In this document: one piece after another, positions 1 to 13,960 of the stretch
Layout of the letters: each line of letters begins with the position of its first letter
How positions within the stretch are numbered: the stretch's first letter is position 1
Source of the DNA: Eledone cirrhosa
Lineage: Eukaryota
DNA: 64,000 nt
Reading direction: 5' to 3'
NCBI GenBank assembly: GCA_964016885.1
Contig: OZ024742.1
Span: 213,094,001-213,158,000, forward strand
Notes under the pieces: model-generated
What the model was told of the DNA's origin: nothing
Database searches by the model: none
The model's input: only the letters and a program-made list of their open reading frames with translations
Translations under genes and position numbers: made by a program

Positions 1-39
1 TGAGTAGCATCTCCAACAGCAGGCTGGTAGTCAACCACT

Positions 40-1280
40 GGTTTTACTTTATGACTGCGAAGATGACTTTCGAGTTCAGCTTTGCTTAGGCAGAGTCTCA
101 CACAGACGCTGCATGTCAGCGCCATAGAAGAACCTTTGCTGTCTGGAAGTGCAACAGTAATGCCCTTCCTCACATCCCTCTTTACTTTCTCGTATGCGAT
201 TCGAGATGCCTCAAAGGCAACTTTCCCCTCATATACAGACTTTCTCCATTTATTACGATCAGCAGCAATATTCTCCCATGTATCAGCAGAGATGATAGCG
301 TCTTTCAAACAGGCTTTCAACGAAACCTTATACCTCTTTTTTGGTTTATGTGGAAGTCGTTTTCCTTTAACTAACTCTCCATAAAAGAGTTGTTTTGGTA
401 TTCTAGAATCCTTCATCCTGGCAAGGTGACTACTCCAGCGGAGTCTTTGTTTAAGTACAAGAGCTTCTATACTGTCACACAGAGAGCTTTCTAAAATATC
501 GACATCACTGATGTGGTCCCTCCAGTGAACGCCATGGATGCGTCTGAGACACATCTGATGGAAACGCTCTAATTGTTTAAGGTGATGTCGATATGTGATG
601 CAGGTCTCGCAGGCATAAATAAGAGAAGAGAGCACACATGCCTTGTACACCTTTACCTTTGTCTTCTTGCATATGTCTCACCGACCCCAGAGTCGCCTTT
701 CTAGCTTTCCGAAAGCATCACTTGCTTTCCTAATCCTAAGTGGAATTTCATTATCAAGGTTGCTGTATCGATTGACTGTGCTTCCCAGGTAGGCAAACTG
801 ATCAAACACTCCAAGTCGTTTACCATACACACAGATATTTGGATCATCAGGGGCAGGTTGGTACATGACGACGGTTTTCTTGAGACTGACAGTCAATCCT
901 AGGGCAGTGCAAGCATCAGAAAATGCATTCAAAATGTGCTGCATATCACTCTCTGTGTGCGCTACAAGATCGCAATCATCTGCATACAAGAGGTCTCTTA
1001 TGGTTGATGTAAATACTTTTGTTTTTGCAGCAAATCGCCTAATGTTAAATATGCTGCCTGAGGTTCGATATTGGATGTAAACACCATGCTCGCAATTCCT
1101 GAATGCAATATAGAAAACCATTGCAAAGTATATGGCAAACAGTGTTGGAATATCCCCCTGTTTCACTCCATTTTTTACTGAGATAGGCTCCGACATGTTA
1201 TCTCCGACATTAACCCAAGCCTTCATGTCGTCATGGAAAGAACTAACTAAAGCAAGGAAGTTATCAGGGCAACAATTTGT
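40..1280 (-). mobile_element. RTE-clade LINE (BovB-like), degenerate RT and 3' end
   Basis: ORF 678..1226 has GVKQG..PTLF and LLYADDCDL RT motifs plus YLGST. The downstream minus strand encodes RLRWSSHLARM and a C2H2-like CSVC..L.SH C-terminus. Confidence 0.85.
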
Positions 1281-1621
1281 ACATCACTTGAATAATAATA
1301 ATAATAATAATAATAATGATTTCTTTATTGGCCACAAGGGCTGACATCAAGAAAAACATTACAGACGGCACAGGACGGTACAGGATGGTAGGATGTGGGT
1401 TTTGTGCGTGTAAATATTTTTATTATTTATATAAGAAAGGAAAAAAAAGGACATAGAAACACATATATATATAAACAATAAAAATGAAAATTGAAACAAT
1501 GAAAAATTCCCTAATAGGGGGGAAACCTCCGAGGGTTACTCGTGGCGAAAACCACACAAAAGACCACGGCCACCCTGACCACCAGGGCAAGCGCCCTCTC
1601 TCAATTTTTCCATTTCTCAAA

Positions 1622-4495
1622 CTACAGACGTATATTCAGAGCGGTCCCGTTCACTCGGACCATTCTCGCTACATTCACCCACCTTTCAACAAACTTGCTA
1701 GAAGACAGCACTTGCCTCTCCACCCTGATTTTCCTCTTCAAGTGAAACTTGAAAAAGTTAATTAGGGATTCGCCGAAGAGGAAAGTATCTGTCTTTAACC
1801 CTTTCAATATTGTCCACCACACAATCTCTTTCGCCATGACCACCAGGCAGATGAAAACTGCCTGCCCTTCCTCCTCGAAGGAAGACGGCGAGACCATCTG
1901 CACAATGGACTCAGTCGATAACCGGATCAGTCCCACACGCGACAGCAACTGTTCGACATAGCTCCACAAGTCAGCAATGCTCGGGCACTGAACGAGTGCG
2001 TGCACGACGGTTTCGTCACACTGCGCGCATCTCGGACAGGCTCGGCTGACGGCACTTCCGTGCCTGTAGAGCTTATCTCGAATCGGCAGCGTTCTCCGGT
2101 AGCACTGCCAGGCCAGGGATTTTTGGAAGTTATCCATAGGCCCTGGGCTGAAAGTTCTCCGGAAGAGAGCAAACAGCTGATCTTCTTCGACGCCCAGGAT
2201 CTCTCCGAGAATGCCGTCGCACTTCCCCTCCACTAGTCCCCTATAGAACGCCGAGGTGGATGTTCCACCGATACTGGTGCCCAGCTGGCAGAGGGTAGTG
2301 AGCGCCTGGAGACATTCCAGTTTCCAAGCGCTATCACTCGGTTTTTTCTGACCCAGGACTGCAGCTCCGTCAAGGAGACGAGCTGTGGGAAAACGTGCCT
2401 GGCGAACCACACCTGTTCACCGTCAAGGAAGCACCAGAGATGTCGCAGCCTCAGCGCATGTTTGCGCATCATCAGCCATGGCATGCCCAGTCCTCCACGC
2501 AACGGGTGTTGACAGCAGATGGATCGTCTGACCATGAGAGCGCGTCCCTTCCACAAAAAGCGGAAGAGGAGGCGCTCCATTTTGATGAGAGTTGGGCCGG
2601 CGCAAGGAACGACGGTGAGGCGGTAGCAGACGACGGATGCGATGTACGCATTCGCCACCTCCGCCCGGCTTTTCAGGGGCAGCTTTCTCTCGGCCCATTT
2701 CGGCGTGAGTGAGGCCACCTTGCTCGTCACCTCGTTCCAGTTTTTCTCCATCTGGAGGTCCGGACCGAACCAGACCCCGAGCAATTTAACCGGTCCGTCC
2801 GTCCAACGCCCCACGACGCTGTCGGACGGCATGGACTTGCCTCTCCAGGTGCCGAGCTGTAAGCCCACCGACTTTTCCTGGTTTATTTCTGCTCCTGTCA
2901 CCGCTTCGTATTCCTTGAGAGCGGTGCCGAGCATCTGGACGTGTCAGGTGCTCGACACCACCAAGGTGACTTCGTCGGCGTAAGCCGACTCGGATTTCCT
3001 GCATCCTAGTTCGCGTGGGACGCCCCTCATCGCCCCCAGTTTGTGCAGTAACGGCTCGAGAGCCAATACGAGAGGGACGAGAGGGGACAATCCTGGCGGA
3101 CCGAGCGCATGATGCTGAACGGCTGCGACAGGTGACCGTTCACCCTCACAACTTAGCAGATGTCGCTGTACATCGCAGCGATCCAACCCCTGAAAACGGG
3201 CCCGAAACCGGCTGCCTCGAGGACTGCCGCCAGGTACCGATGGTCGACCCTATCGAATGCTTTGGATTGATCCATGCTGACCAGGGCCCCACCCGTGCCA
3301 GGTTCCTTAACCACCCTCTCTATGATGTATCGAATGAGGTGGAGGTTGTTGTGTATGGATCTGTCCGGAATGGGGCATGTCTGCGCCTCTCCCACCAGAC
3401 CCTTGACGAAAAGCGCCAACCTCGTTGCTAACACCTTGGCCAAAATCTTGAACTCTGCGTTTAGCAAGGTTATGGGCCTGAAGTTATCCATAACATCCCC
3501 TTGTTCGGGTCTTTTCTCAGCAGCGCCACCGCTCCCCGACTCACAAAACTAGGAATGCTCCCGTTCTGCTGCCAGTTGCAGTAGACGTCTGCCAAGAGGT
3601 CAGCGAACAAGTCTGGCATAAATGCATAAAGCTCGTAGGGCAGACCATCCAAACCTGGCGATTTACCCCTTGTGCAGTTAGCCATCGCTTCCCGTATTTC
3701 ACCGGCTGTAAATTGGATTTTCGCAACACTGTTCTGCGGTCGTCGAGAGCCGAGGCAGTCCGTCGAGGTATGCACTGAAATCCATACCCCAATCCGGCCC
3801 GCCGCTGCTCCCGAACAATTCAGAAAAGTGCTGCTGTAAAGCTTCACACATCTGCTCGGGTTCGAGCAACACGCGTCCATTTTGGTCAGAAAAAATTCGA
3901 ATTGTGGCTTTGTTGCCACGTCGCGTCTCTGCCACCCGGGCCCATTGGACGGCTTTTATCCCCTCGTGTTTCAGAGCACGCGCTCTAGCTCTGACAACGC
4001 AGCCTTCGTGTTTTGTGTTGAAGAATTAGTCGAGTGCCAATCTCGCCGCAAGCACGTCGGTTGCGATGCCTGTCCTAAACGCGTCTTCTAGCTTTCTGAC
4101 TAGCTCTCCCTCAACTCTATTTTCCTCTATCACTAGTCCTTTGCTAAACCTAATCGACTCTACTTTAATTGCCCTTTTCAGGACGAACCACCACCTGTTG
4201 TTAACGACCGCTCCCGTCAACACCCGATTAACTAATACGCTAATCCGGTCTCTGTAGGCTTTGTGCGCCGGGAAAGATGCGTTCAGCTTCCAGTAACCGG
4301 GTCCTTGTCTATGAAGTCTGTCTATGTCGATCTCACAGATCACACATTTGTGGTCTGTGTAGTCGACTATTTTAAATTGTGGACAACTTATCTAGTTCTC
4401 TGCAGAATACCCTATCGAGATACGATCTGGATGACCTGATGCGGTTTGTCCATGTCCACGTTGGCACATTCGGGTGATCCAGTCGATACCTGTCA
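1622..4495 (-). pseudogene. Tx1 ORF2 (partial APE endonuclease, RT, Zn finger), frameshifted
   Basis: ORFs 4026..4343, 3699..3935, 3470..3919, 3153..3491, 2944..3186, 2233..2934 and 1622..2410 are colinear with ORF2 of the other two copies. Confidence 0.88.
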
Positions 4496-5266
4496 GACAG
4501 GTATTTGAGCCTCTGTGGCTCTTTCAACCCTACGTGATTTTGTGCTTACTGTACGGTACGTGACCGTACAGTGCTGTTGGGTTTCGAAACATTCTTCGGC
4601 TGCCTTGCAGATTGCTCGGTGTCCGGTTTTCGTCACCATCTTCCTTGCTTCCTGTAATTCCTCATTTGTTATAAGGATGGTTTCCAGGTTGTTTGCGATA
4701 CCTGCAAACGAGATTGATTTTTCTTTCTTGTTGTTGTTGTCGTCAGAGCTGCTGTTACTTTTGTTGTTGCTGCTGGTACTACGACCGCCGCCGCCGCTGT
4801 TGCTGTTGGTTTTGTTGTTGATGCTGTTGCTGCTGCTGCTGTTGATGTTGCTGTTGCTGCTGCTGCTGCTGTTGTTGTTTATGCTGCTGCTGATGTTGTT
4901 GCGGCTGCTCCTAGTTTTTTCCTCGCCACTGTTGCTGCTGCTGCTGTTATTACGGCTGTTGCTGCTATTCGTCATGACGTCAGACGAATGAAAATGCTTT
5001 CCGTATTTACCGCACACATCTTTCGTTGTTGTCGTCGTCGTGGAGAAATGTTCCAGGGTACGCGCGTTCTCTTGATGAAGAACGCTACGAGAAACTACAT
5101 TTTTCTTTTTCTTTAATGGCGTCGCTTGCGAAAGAGGCGACTGAGGCGACACCACATTTAGAGAAGGGAGGGAGAGAGACAATCTTTTCTCTGACGTAAT
5201 GACGATTGGGGAAGAAGAAGACGGAGGGAGTGGGAGTGACTTGTGAAAAATCTTTTTTGTAGCCAT
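4493..5266 (-). pseudogene. Tx1 ORF1 N-terminal part (Ser/Asn-rich), truncated by deletion
   Basis: The ISFA..ANN and TVTYRTVS..S motifs match ORF1 of copies 2 and 3 (KISFAQ, TVVFHTIN/TVVFRTVS). The zinc knuckle is missing. Confidence 0.65.
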
Positions 5267-5480
5267 GTTTTTTACGGTTTAAAATGAATATTGGGCACAA
5301 ATCCCCAATAAGCGGTTATTTAACCCAGAAGGGCCAAATAACGGACAGAAAGACCCCTCTCACGAGGAGGAGGGTGTCTTTATCTACAATTTGGTTCAAG
5401 TTTTAAACAATTTACAATTGTTATAACGGTTAAAAATTACAATACCTTACAGAGCCGAGCCTCCGTCAACCATGGCATTC

Positions 5481-5680
5481 AATAATAATAATTGTTTCTA
5501 CTTTAGGCACAAGGCCAGCAATTACCCAGTGCATTACTGGTACTTTATTTTATCGACCCCGTAAGGATGAAAGGCAAAGTCAACCTCAGCGGGATTTGAA
5601 CTCAGATCGTAAAGGGACGTAACTATGCTGGAAAGCATGGCGTCCGACTCTCTACCGATACTGCCAATCCACCGCCCTTA
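5481..5680 (-). mobile_element. tRNA-derived SINE, Meta-domain-like family
   Basis: GAGTTCAAATCC B-box, central CTTTGCCTTTCATCCTTACGGGGTCGATAAAATAAAGTACCAG and (ATT)n tail. More than 15 copies in the window. Confidence 0.85.
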
Positions 5681-5799
5681 ATAATAATAATAAGCCACCG
5701 CTTTCAATAATAATAATAATAATCATAATAATAATTGTTTCTACTTTAGGCACAAGGCCAGCAATTACTCAATTCATTACTGGTCACTATTAATAACTA

Positions 5800-6095
5800 T
5801 TAATTAATGCAATCATGCAATGCTTGTACGTGAAGAATATTTTTAAAGTGAGGAAAGACTGTGCATTGAGCCAATCTCACTCTCTGAGCGACAGTAGCTC
5901 TAACCCGAAAAGAAGAACAGATCAACATCATCGGTAACTACTGAGCCGCAGGTTTTATGTCGGAGTTAACCCAGTTTCCTGAGATACCTTCTCCTAGAAG
6001 AATGCCCTGACAAGGGCTCTGGGTCCTTCACTCCAAGTGGTTTAACTGCGCGAATGGGTATCCAGCCCGATTATTTCTATGTCCCCGCACATAAA
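5800..6095 (-). mobile_element. Possible RTE LINE 5' region
   Basis: The minus strand has GGAGAAGG...AACTCCGACATAAAACC, resembling RTE 5' ends. It has the same orientation as the RTE at 40-1280. Confidence 0.3.
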
Positions 6096-6322
6096 AAAAA
6101 CTCACTTATTGACACGCATACGTACGACACACAGCCATACACACTCACACACACGCACACACCAACACTTATGCATACAAACACACACACACACGCCACT
6201 CACTTACACACACACACATATATATATATATATTACCGTCATTACTGATACAAGATTATGTCAACTGTTGACTTTCGAAAGAGTTCGTATAATTGAAGCC
6301 GTTCTTGTTACTGTTCAGTATT

Positions 6323-6710
6323 ATTGGTGGATTGGCAGTATCGGTTGAGGGTCGGACGCTATGCTTTGCAGCATAGAGTTACGGTCCTCTATGATCTGAG
6401 TTCAAATCCCGCCGAGGTTAACTTTGCCTTTCATTCTTACGGGGTCGATAAAATAAAGTACCAGTCACGCACTGGGGTCGATTTTATCGACTTTCCCCTC
6501 CCCCAAAAATTGCTGGCCTTGTGCTTATATAAGAAACCATTATTATAATTTCTTTACAGCATAGAGCTATGGCCCTCTACGTTCCGTGCTCAAATCCCGC
6601 CGAGGTCAACCTTGCCTTTCATCCCCACGGAGTCGATAAAAGAGAGCACCAGTAATGCACTAGGACAATCGCTGGCCCCGTGCCAAAAGCAGAAAAAATT
6701 ATTATTATTA
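6323..6710 (+). mobile_element. Two tandem SINE copies (same family)
   Basis: The family consensus appears at 6323-6545 and again at about 6556-6710. Confidence 0.85.
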
Positions 6711-7210
6711 TTGTTGTTTTCTTAAGGCCCGATCGCTGGTGATGGTGATGGTGAAGGTGAATGGTGGTGGTGATGGTGGTGGCAGTTGATGTTGTTTTGT
6801 TTTTATCGTTTGATGCCTCAGTTGTTGTTAATGTTGTTCATTTAATTCTGATGATGTTGTTGCTGTAGATATTGCTGCCGGTGTTGTTGTTGTTGTTGTA
6901 GATGTTGGGGTTGAAATGTTGTCGTTTTGACTGAGTGATGTATATATTTGCTCACATTTCGCAGAGTTCGGACGCGTCTGCCGTCTTCTCGTCGTTGATT
7001 TTGTCTCTCATTTCCTCTCTTTACGTTGCATGACTATTTTGTTTGTTTACTGTCCCTCTTTCTCCACCCAATTCGCTCTGTACCAATAACTTATTTTAGT
7101 TATTGCTCGCACTGATTTTGAGGTATCTGGTCTTTAATGCGAAGAAATATCGATGATAGTCAGGAGATCACTGATGATGCACAGTCCCGTTTCTCGCTCT
7201 ATTTTCATTC

Positions 7211-7296
<86 letters not shown>

Positions 7297-7299
<3 letters not shown>

Positions 7300-7760
7300 A
7301 AAGTTTTATTTAAAATTGTTGGGTTACAACAAGTAAATATTTTTTAACTGATATAAAGCACTCGACAAGTTTTTGGAGTAGATATACGATATTAAACAAA
7401 TGGAAACTATATTTATAAAACCATATTTATTTCATTATACATATTTCAGGGATACCATATTAAAAATATGGCATGCCTTCGTCAGATAAAATACAATATA
7501 TAACCAGTTTTATAAATAATTTTGACGTACCATAAATATAGCGACCATTAAGGTAGCTATATTTATGGTCGCTATATTAATGGTCGCTATATTAATGGTC
7601 GCTATATTTATGGTACGTCAAAATTATTTATAAAACTGGTTATATATTGTATTTTATCTGACGAAGGCATGCCATATTTTTAATATGGTATCTCTGAAAT
7701 ATGTATAATGAAATAAATATGGTTTTATAAATATAGTTTCCATTTGTTTAATATCGTATA
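7297..7760 (-). mobile_element. Non-coding PLE pLTR fold-back element, family A
   Basis: Inverted arms at about 7382-7551 and 7590-7760, an unpaired tail at 7297-7381, (TA)n on both sides and an HHR in each arm. Homologous to 22616-22934. Confidence 0.8.
7644..7720 (+). ncRNA. Type I hammerhead ribozyme (mirror copy 7423-7499 on -)
   Basis: Stem I ATATTGTATTTTAT / ATGAAATAAATAT; CTGACGA; about 13-bp stem II; GAAA-TATGTA-TA cleavage site. Confidence 0.75.
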
Positions 7761-7762
7761 TA

Positions 7763-7814
<52 letters not shown>

Positions 7815-8209
7815 TTCACCACAGAGTAAGGAGTTAGGCAACAGGCCAGTGACCTTAGTCTAGATAGTGTAAATGTAAATGTGGTGGTGGGGAGATAGTG
7901 TAGACGTTATTGTGGTGGCGGCGAGCAGTGAGATGTATCTAGTTCATTTATCCGTTTTCTTCTCTTTTCAAAATTTAAATTTTATCCATGTTATGTTGGG
8001 ACGTAAGTAAATGTAAAAATGTGAATAAAGATTGCTCTGGTAAAATATATGAAAATATTTGTGTAACTTCCACAACTTCTGTCAGGATATTTCCCGAGTC
8101 TAGTGAGCAAAAATTTTGTTGTATTTTGATCTTTCAGAATACAAAAATTAATCAAAACTTACCCCACGAAAAGATAGCGTGTTTTGTCCGAGCATACATA
8201 CATACATGA

Positions 8210-8435
8210 GGATTGCAGTGTCTTCACAGACGATTGCCGTCTCTTATTGATACTTCGTTATCATCCCATCTGCGTTGTAGATGACTTTGTAGGTCAGTTG
8301 TAGATCTGCATGGTTTACGATGCATGTGACAGAAGAGAGTTGCGCTTTCCACAGGACCGGTGGTGTCATCCTGTGAGACACAATTTTGATGTGCCACCAT
8401 GTGTCTTTTTAGTCCGGAACTAGTTCTACACACTT
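8210..8435 (-). mobile_element. RTE LINE 3' end fragment
   Basis: C2H2-like remnants (CRTSSGLKRH..H; C...KPCRS..L.SH) followed by a short UTR and a (TATG)n tail. Confidence 0.55.
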
Positions 8436-8659
8436 ACATACATACATACCTACATGTATGCACATAACAGACGAGGTTCTTTAGTGAATAGGTTGGTTGG
8501 TTAGAGGTTGCAATCTTCAAAAACAGAATAGAGTATACCTAACATTGTAATAATATACCTGATACTGCCTTCCATACACACACATCAGTGTATAGAATGA
8601 CAGTTGGTTGACAGAAAGCATAAAGTTTCGAACTGTATAAGAGGGTCTAAATTAAGTAC

Positions 8660-8875
8660 TCTGCTGTGAAGTCCGGTATTTAAATTAAGAATTACGTCTA
8701 GAAAGTTTACTACTTTAAGATTGTATTTGTACGTTATTTTTAGACCCAGTTCACTAAAAGATTTTCTAATGTTTTTCCGTAGCCTTTCAAGATGTTGGTT
8801 ATTTAAGTTATTAACTAATAAGAGCCCGTCATCTCTATATATTCCCCCCTGTAGATTACTAAATTTACCATGTTT
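8660..8875 (-). mobile_element. PLE (Naiad-like) RT fragment
   Basis: GGIYRDDGLLLV..VNFLDVILNLNTG is closely similar to part of ORF 38475..39899. Confidence 0.85.
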
Positions 8876-9032
8876 GGATAAAGACGTATCCACAACGCAC
8901 AGTCAAGAACATACACAGTAAACTTTACAGTTAGAAGCTCGTACAATTTCCCAGCACTTTTTACATACGTTGTCATCAACAGAACAAATTATTCTAGATC
9001 GAGAACATAATTTCATCATTTTACAGCTTACT

Positions 9033-9434
9033 GGGGCGGTAGATTGGCAGTATCGGTAGAGAGTCGGATATTATGCAGCATGGAGTTACGTCCCTTTACA
9101 GCCTGAGTTCAAATCCTGCCGGGGTTAACTTTGCCTTTCATCCATACGGGGTCAATAAAATAAAGTATCAGTAACGTACTGGGTCGATTTAATCGACTTT
9201 CCCCTCTCCCCAAATTACTGGCCTTGTGCCATACTAGAAACTATTATTTTAGTGGATTGGCAGTATCGGTAGAGGGTCGGACGCCATGCTGTGCAGCACA
9301 GTTACGTCCCTTTACGGATTGAGTTCAAATTCCGCCGAGGTTAACTTACTTTTATCCTTACGGGGTCGATAAAATAAAGTACCAGTAATACACTGGAGAA
9401 ATTGCTGGCCTTGTGCCAAAAGTAGAAACAATTA
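9033..9434 (+). mobile_element. Two tandem SINE copies
   Basis: Family consensus at 9033-9248 and 9252-9434. Confidence 0.85.
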
Positions 9435-9600
9435 TGTTACAGCTTACTTACTTTGAATTCACGACATACCAAATGGTTACATGTATACACACTTTATACA
9501 CATGCATTTCCATCGTAGACTTGCAAATCCACACATTCACCGTATACACACGTGTGTGTGCTCTTTCACGTATACCTGCTGGCTCTCTTGCATGTAGACG

Positions 9601-9601
9601 T

Positions 9602-9696
<95 letters not shown>

Positions 9697-9800
9697 CACA
9701 CACACACGCACGCACGCACGCACACACACACACACACACACGCACACACACACAGACACGCACACACACATGTTCACTCACACACACACACACTCACATA
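9601..9800. repeat. (CA)n microsatellite
   Basis: Seen directly; many other (CA)n tracts occur in the window. Confidence 0.95.
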
Positions 9801-9978
9801 CACACATATACGCACATATATATTATATAAAGGTATATGTCAAACTGACATATAGTTTCCTAGGTATTCGTTCGAACGAAGTAACCTCAGTTTTATACAC
9901 ATGCAGGTGTATATTTACCGATATATTTACACATTGAGGGCTCTTACTTTAGTCGTTACAGTCCCACATTCAGGCAGC

Positions 9979-10063
<85 letters not shown>

Positions 10064-10835
10064 TCAAACACACACACACACAGTCAAAACTCCATTCAGT
10101 TCAGTTTCAAAACATTTCACCGTATTTCATCACTTAGCTTAACGCCAAAATTGAAGTCCCCACTTATTTTATTTATTAAAAATAACTTTAACCTGCCAAT
10201 CCTATTTACTACAGTCAAACCAATGGTTAGCGAAGAAAGAATATATTCTCTCTGTGTTTATTGAATGAAATCCTCTTTACTCTGAATTCCGTCTTTTGTT
10301 GAATCTATATTTTCTACAGGGTAAACATACAAAGCGGTTGTAAATAGTGTTAAAAAATTAGTTCATCTCTTTTTGTATTGTCGTACAACTAGAGGACTAC
10401 AATGGAATATCAGTGAGAAAATCCAGTGTGTGTGGAAATAGTGAAAATATATGATTCGGTAAGTAGAAGACAACGTTCACCCACTGCTAAGGTTTAGTGC
10501 GTGAGATAGTGACTATCGTAGCGAAAATTTCCAAAGAATCTATATTTAAACTACACCACCCGTGACCCGTTGGGTCTCGTTCGCTTAAAATTATTTTTTA
10601 AAAATCATGTTCACTTAAAAATGATTTTTAAATAATTAAAATATACAGACATGTATATAATGTAAAATGAAATTGGAAGGCCCATATCTATATACGTGTG
10701 TATGTGCGTGTGTGTGTGTGTGTGTATATACATATATGTATATATGTGGGTGTCTGTTACCTATATATACTGGTCACATACACATACATACACACACATA
10801 TATACACACACACACATATATATGTGTGTATATAT

Positions 10836-10837
<2 letters not shown>

Positions 10838-10880
<43 letters not shown>

Positions 10881-11510
10881 GTTTAACGTCCATGTTCCAC
10901 GCTTGCATGGGTTTGGACGGGAGTTTTCCCACTTGAGGCAAGAGTGGTTGTCTTGCTCGCATAGGACTGTCTGGCGGGTTTTCTACAGCTGGTTGCCCTT
11001 CCTAACACCAACCACATTTACAGTGTGGGACTGGGAGGTTTTTACCGTGTTACCTACACGGCCACATTACAGCGTGGACTGTGTGTTTTTTTGTCGTGAC
11101 ACCTACACGACCTCATTTGTTTCGGCCTGGATGTTGTGGCACCAACATAACTTTACATTGAAAGGGGCGGTGTGGATGAGGTGGGGGTGGTGGGACGGGG
11201 GTGTATTTTGTTAGAGATGCCTACTGACTGTAGTAAGTTTACTTTGTATTTAGGTAAGGCGGGTCTTCTCTATTACTGAATACCGCCAAAGACCTCGGTC
11301 CAGTGACATTGTCTTGGAGAGGTGTAAGTGTGCGAGGTCGGAATTTATCAGGTCGTCCCAGGTTTTTCTGGGTCTGCCTACTCCGTGGCTACCGTCTATC
11401 TTTATTGCCCTGCACTTTTTTTATACAGCTGTCGTCTTTCATGCGCATCACGTGACCATACCAACGTAGCCTTCTCTCGAGTAAACAACATCTGATCCCT
11501 CTTATTTCTA
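10838..11510 (-). mobile_element. RTE LINE 3' end with (ATG)n tail
   Basis: RRLRWYGHVMRM...GVGRPRKTWDD on the minus strand. The UTR ends TAAAC followed by (GAT)n. Confidence 0.75.
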
Positions 11511-11522
11511 ATATATATACAT

Positions 11523-11557
<35 letters not shown>

Positions 11558-11595
11558 TATATATATACATATACATATATATAAATATATAAATA

Positions 11596-11740
11596 TCCTG
11601 TCAGCATGACTTGGCAAGCTATTTAGAATACTGGTTTAACCGCTTTACTTCCCTCCGAAGAAGAGATATTATCTCGAAAATTAAGGACATTTAAATAAAT
11701 CTAAGGTAAATAAATTTGTTTAACATTATTTTTTAAGAAA
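11596..11740 (+). mobile_element. Solo PLE pLTR fragment with variant HHR (11652-11686)
   Basis: Homologous to 20263-20378. Reads CCT-CCGAAGA-A-GAGAT/ATT/ATCTC-GAAA-AT-TA-AGG, then AATAAA and AAG|GTAA. Confidence 0.75.
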
Positions 11741-12559
11741 TGGGAATTGTCTATTCAGTGAGATGTGGCAGTGGCAAGCGTGTAGATAAGTCACTTCATT
11801 TTATGTTTGCAAAAATGTAGGAGTCGAGATGTTCAGAATCGCCAGACACAGAGATATTCAATGGACTGGTTAGGTGAGCTGAAATTTTGGGCTACGGGTC
11901 TGAAGGAGTTGACAAAATCGGCAACCTAAGTGAGGAATTGGCAGCATCATTAGAATAAAATGTCTTACAGTATTCTCCAACTCTCTGCGTTCAAAGATCA
12001 AATCCCATTGAGGTGAAATTTACTTTTCATTCTCGTGGAGTCAATAACATAAATTATCAGTCTAGGGATTGTTAGATCATCAGGGGATATAGCTTGTGGC
12101 ATTTCCTTCGATTCTTCATGTTTTGAGTTCCAATCCCGCCGTAATTTAATCTGCCGTCCGATTTAAATCATCACCTGTTCCTAGGGAGCCTGTTGCAAAT
12201 ATTAAGGCTAGGTCTCTGGTTTGAGGATACCTTCTTCCATTTCTACCCGAAAAAAAAAAAATCATCCTGATTAAGACGTAAAATAAAACAACACTGCCTC
12301 CTTTATAAATAGTGCGTTTTAAATGGTGTTGTAATGCACTTGATGAGGTTTGCAGAAATGTTTTTATTCATTGATACTTGCCTTATGAGATACTCAGGAG
12401 TGTAGTATTTGCGATGATAAGTGCGTAGCGAGGAGATCGGAGAGTCTACCAGGTAGAGCTATTAGTTCGAAATGAAAGATCACAGTGATTAAGATCGCGG
12501 GCATGTGGTTAGAATGACCCAAGAAAGAATCGCCGGACAGATTTTTACGAGCAAAACCA

Positions 12560-12750
12560 GCCGGTTGTGAGTTCGATTCCCGGCGGCGTGGTTTGTCCTT
12601 GTCACAAACAGTCACGCTGTATCTTACTGAAAACTGCGTTAAGAGTACAGGTCTTTGTGGGATGCTCAGCCACTTGCATGTTAAAATCATGATCTGGCTA
12701 GTCCTTCCTTTAAACAACACTCATCGGAACCGACGGAGGCCCATGAAGAA
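12560..12750 (+). mobile_element. Degenerate tRNA-derived SINE (second family)
   Basis: GTGAGTTCGATTCCCGG B-box followed by a SINE-like body. Confidence 0.45.
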
Positions 12751-13177
12751 TACATTTATAACATACAATATACAAATAGATATATGTTTGTATGTATGCA
12801 TGTATTTAAATACGTGTTCAGTGTATATGAGTGTGTGTATATGTGTGTGTGTGTGTGTATGTGCGTGCGCGCGCGCGTGCGTGTGGGCATGACTAAAATG
12901 TTTTGGTGTATGTGTATATATCTTTATGTATACATAATGCATATGTCAGTAAATACATGTCGAAAGCACACACGAACCCCTGTCTAATATATTGCTGGCA
13001 TAACGATGATCACACACATAGAAACTGAAACTCTTATACAACCATATCTACGAGCTCATATTCATACACACACACACACACACAATTACTAACACATTTC
13101 CAAAGAGGAATTCTGATGAGTGTAGATTATAGGTTTTATACAGGTTTCACAAGCTTGTCAAAAGCTTTCTGCTAACA

Positions 13178-13612
<435 letters not shown>

Positions 13613-13647
13613 TAGATATGGAGAGAGAGTGAGAGAGAGGGCGGAGG

Positions 13648-13681
<34 letters not shown>

Positions 13682-13759
13682 CAAGATTGTCGTCATCAGA
13701 GAAGGAGGAGGTAAGAGATATGATGGCAGAAGAGAAAGTGGGGGTGGAACGGGGCGGAC

Positions 13760-13960
13760 CGACCTATTAATTCTGTTGGTTTTAAGGGAAAAACAATCTG
13801 CTACGAAGATGATCAGCTCAAACATTTATCTATCTTGCTTGCTCATCCACGTTCTCTCCCGTCAAAGGTTTTCTTTATTCTGGCCACTGGGTATATGAAG
13901 CGGCATACAGATGAGGTTTTCCATGTCGGGAACGCAGAGCGCACGAACGGTGATGCTGGT
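13760..13960 (-). mobile_element. Degenerate Helitron Rep-like fragment
   Basis: Frameshifted HGKPHLY..YTQWPE.KENL..QDR..DLRSRLF.LK resembles the Helitron GKPDLFITFTCNP.WPEI..L..DRPD...RVF.LK motif. Confidence 0.4.

Larger units (their letters stand above)
1318..5480 (-). mobile_element. Tx1/L1-clade LINE copy 1, internally deleted, inserted in (ATT)n
   Basis: Frameshifted ORF2 pieces: GPGYWKLN, KSPGLDGLPYE, NFRPITLLN, DQSKAFDRVDH, SAYADEV and a CPRC..ET..H...C finger. ORF1 start at 5266. 3' end AATAAAGAAATC then (ATT)n; (ATT)n also at the 5' flank. Confidence 0.9.

Noticed and set aside
6323-6420. tRNA genes at SINE heads
   Set aside because: Only the B-box is clear, there is no cloverleaf, and the sequence continues into the SINE core.
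13110-13165. CTGATGA with a stem and CAAGCTTG-TC
   Set aside because: GAAA is missing after stem II; at best a decayed HHR.
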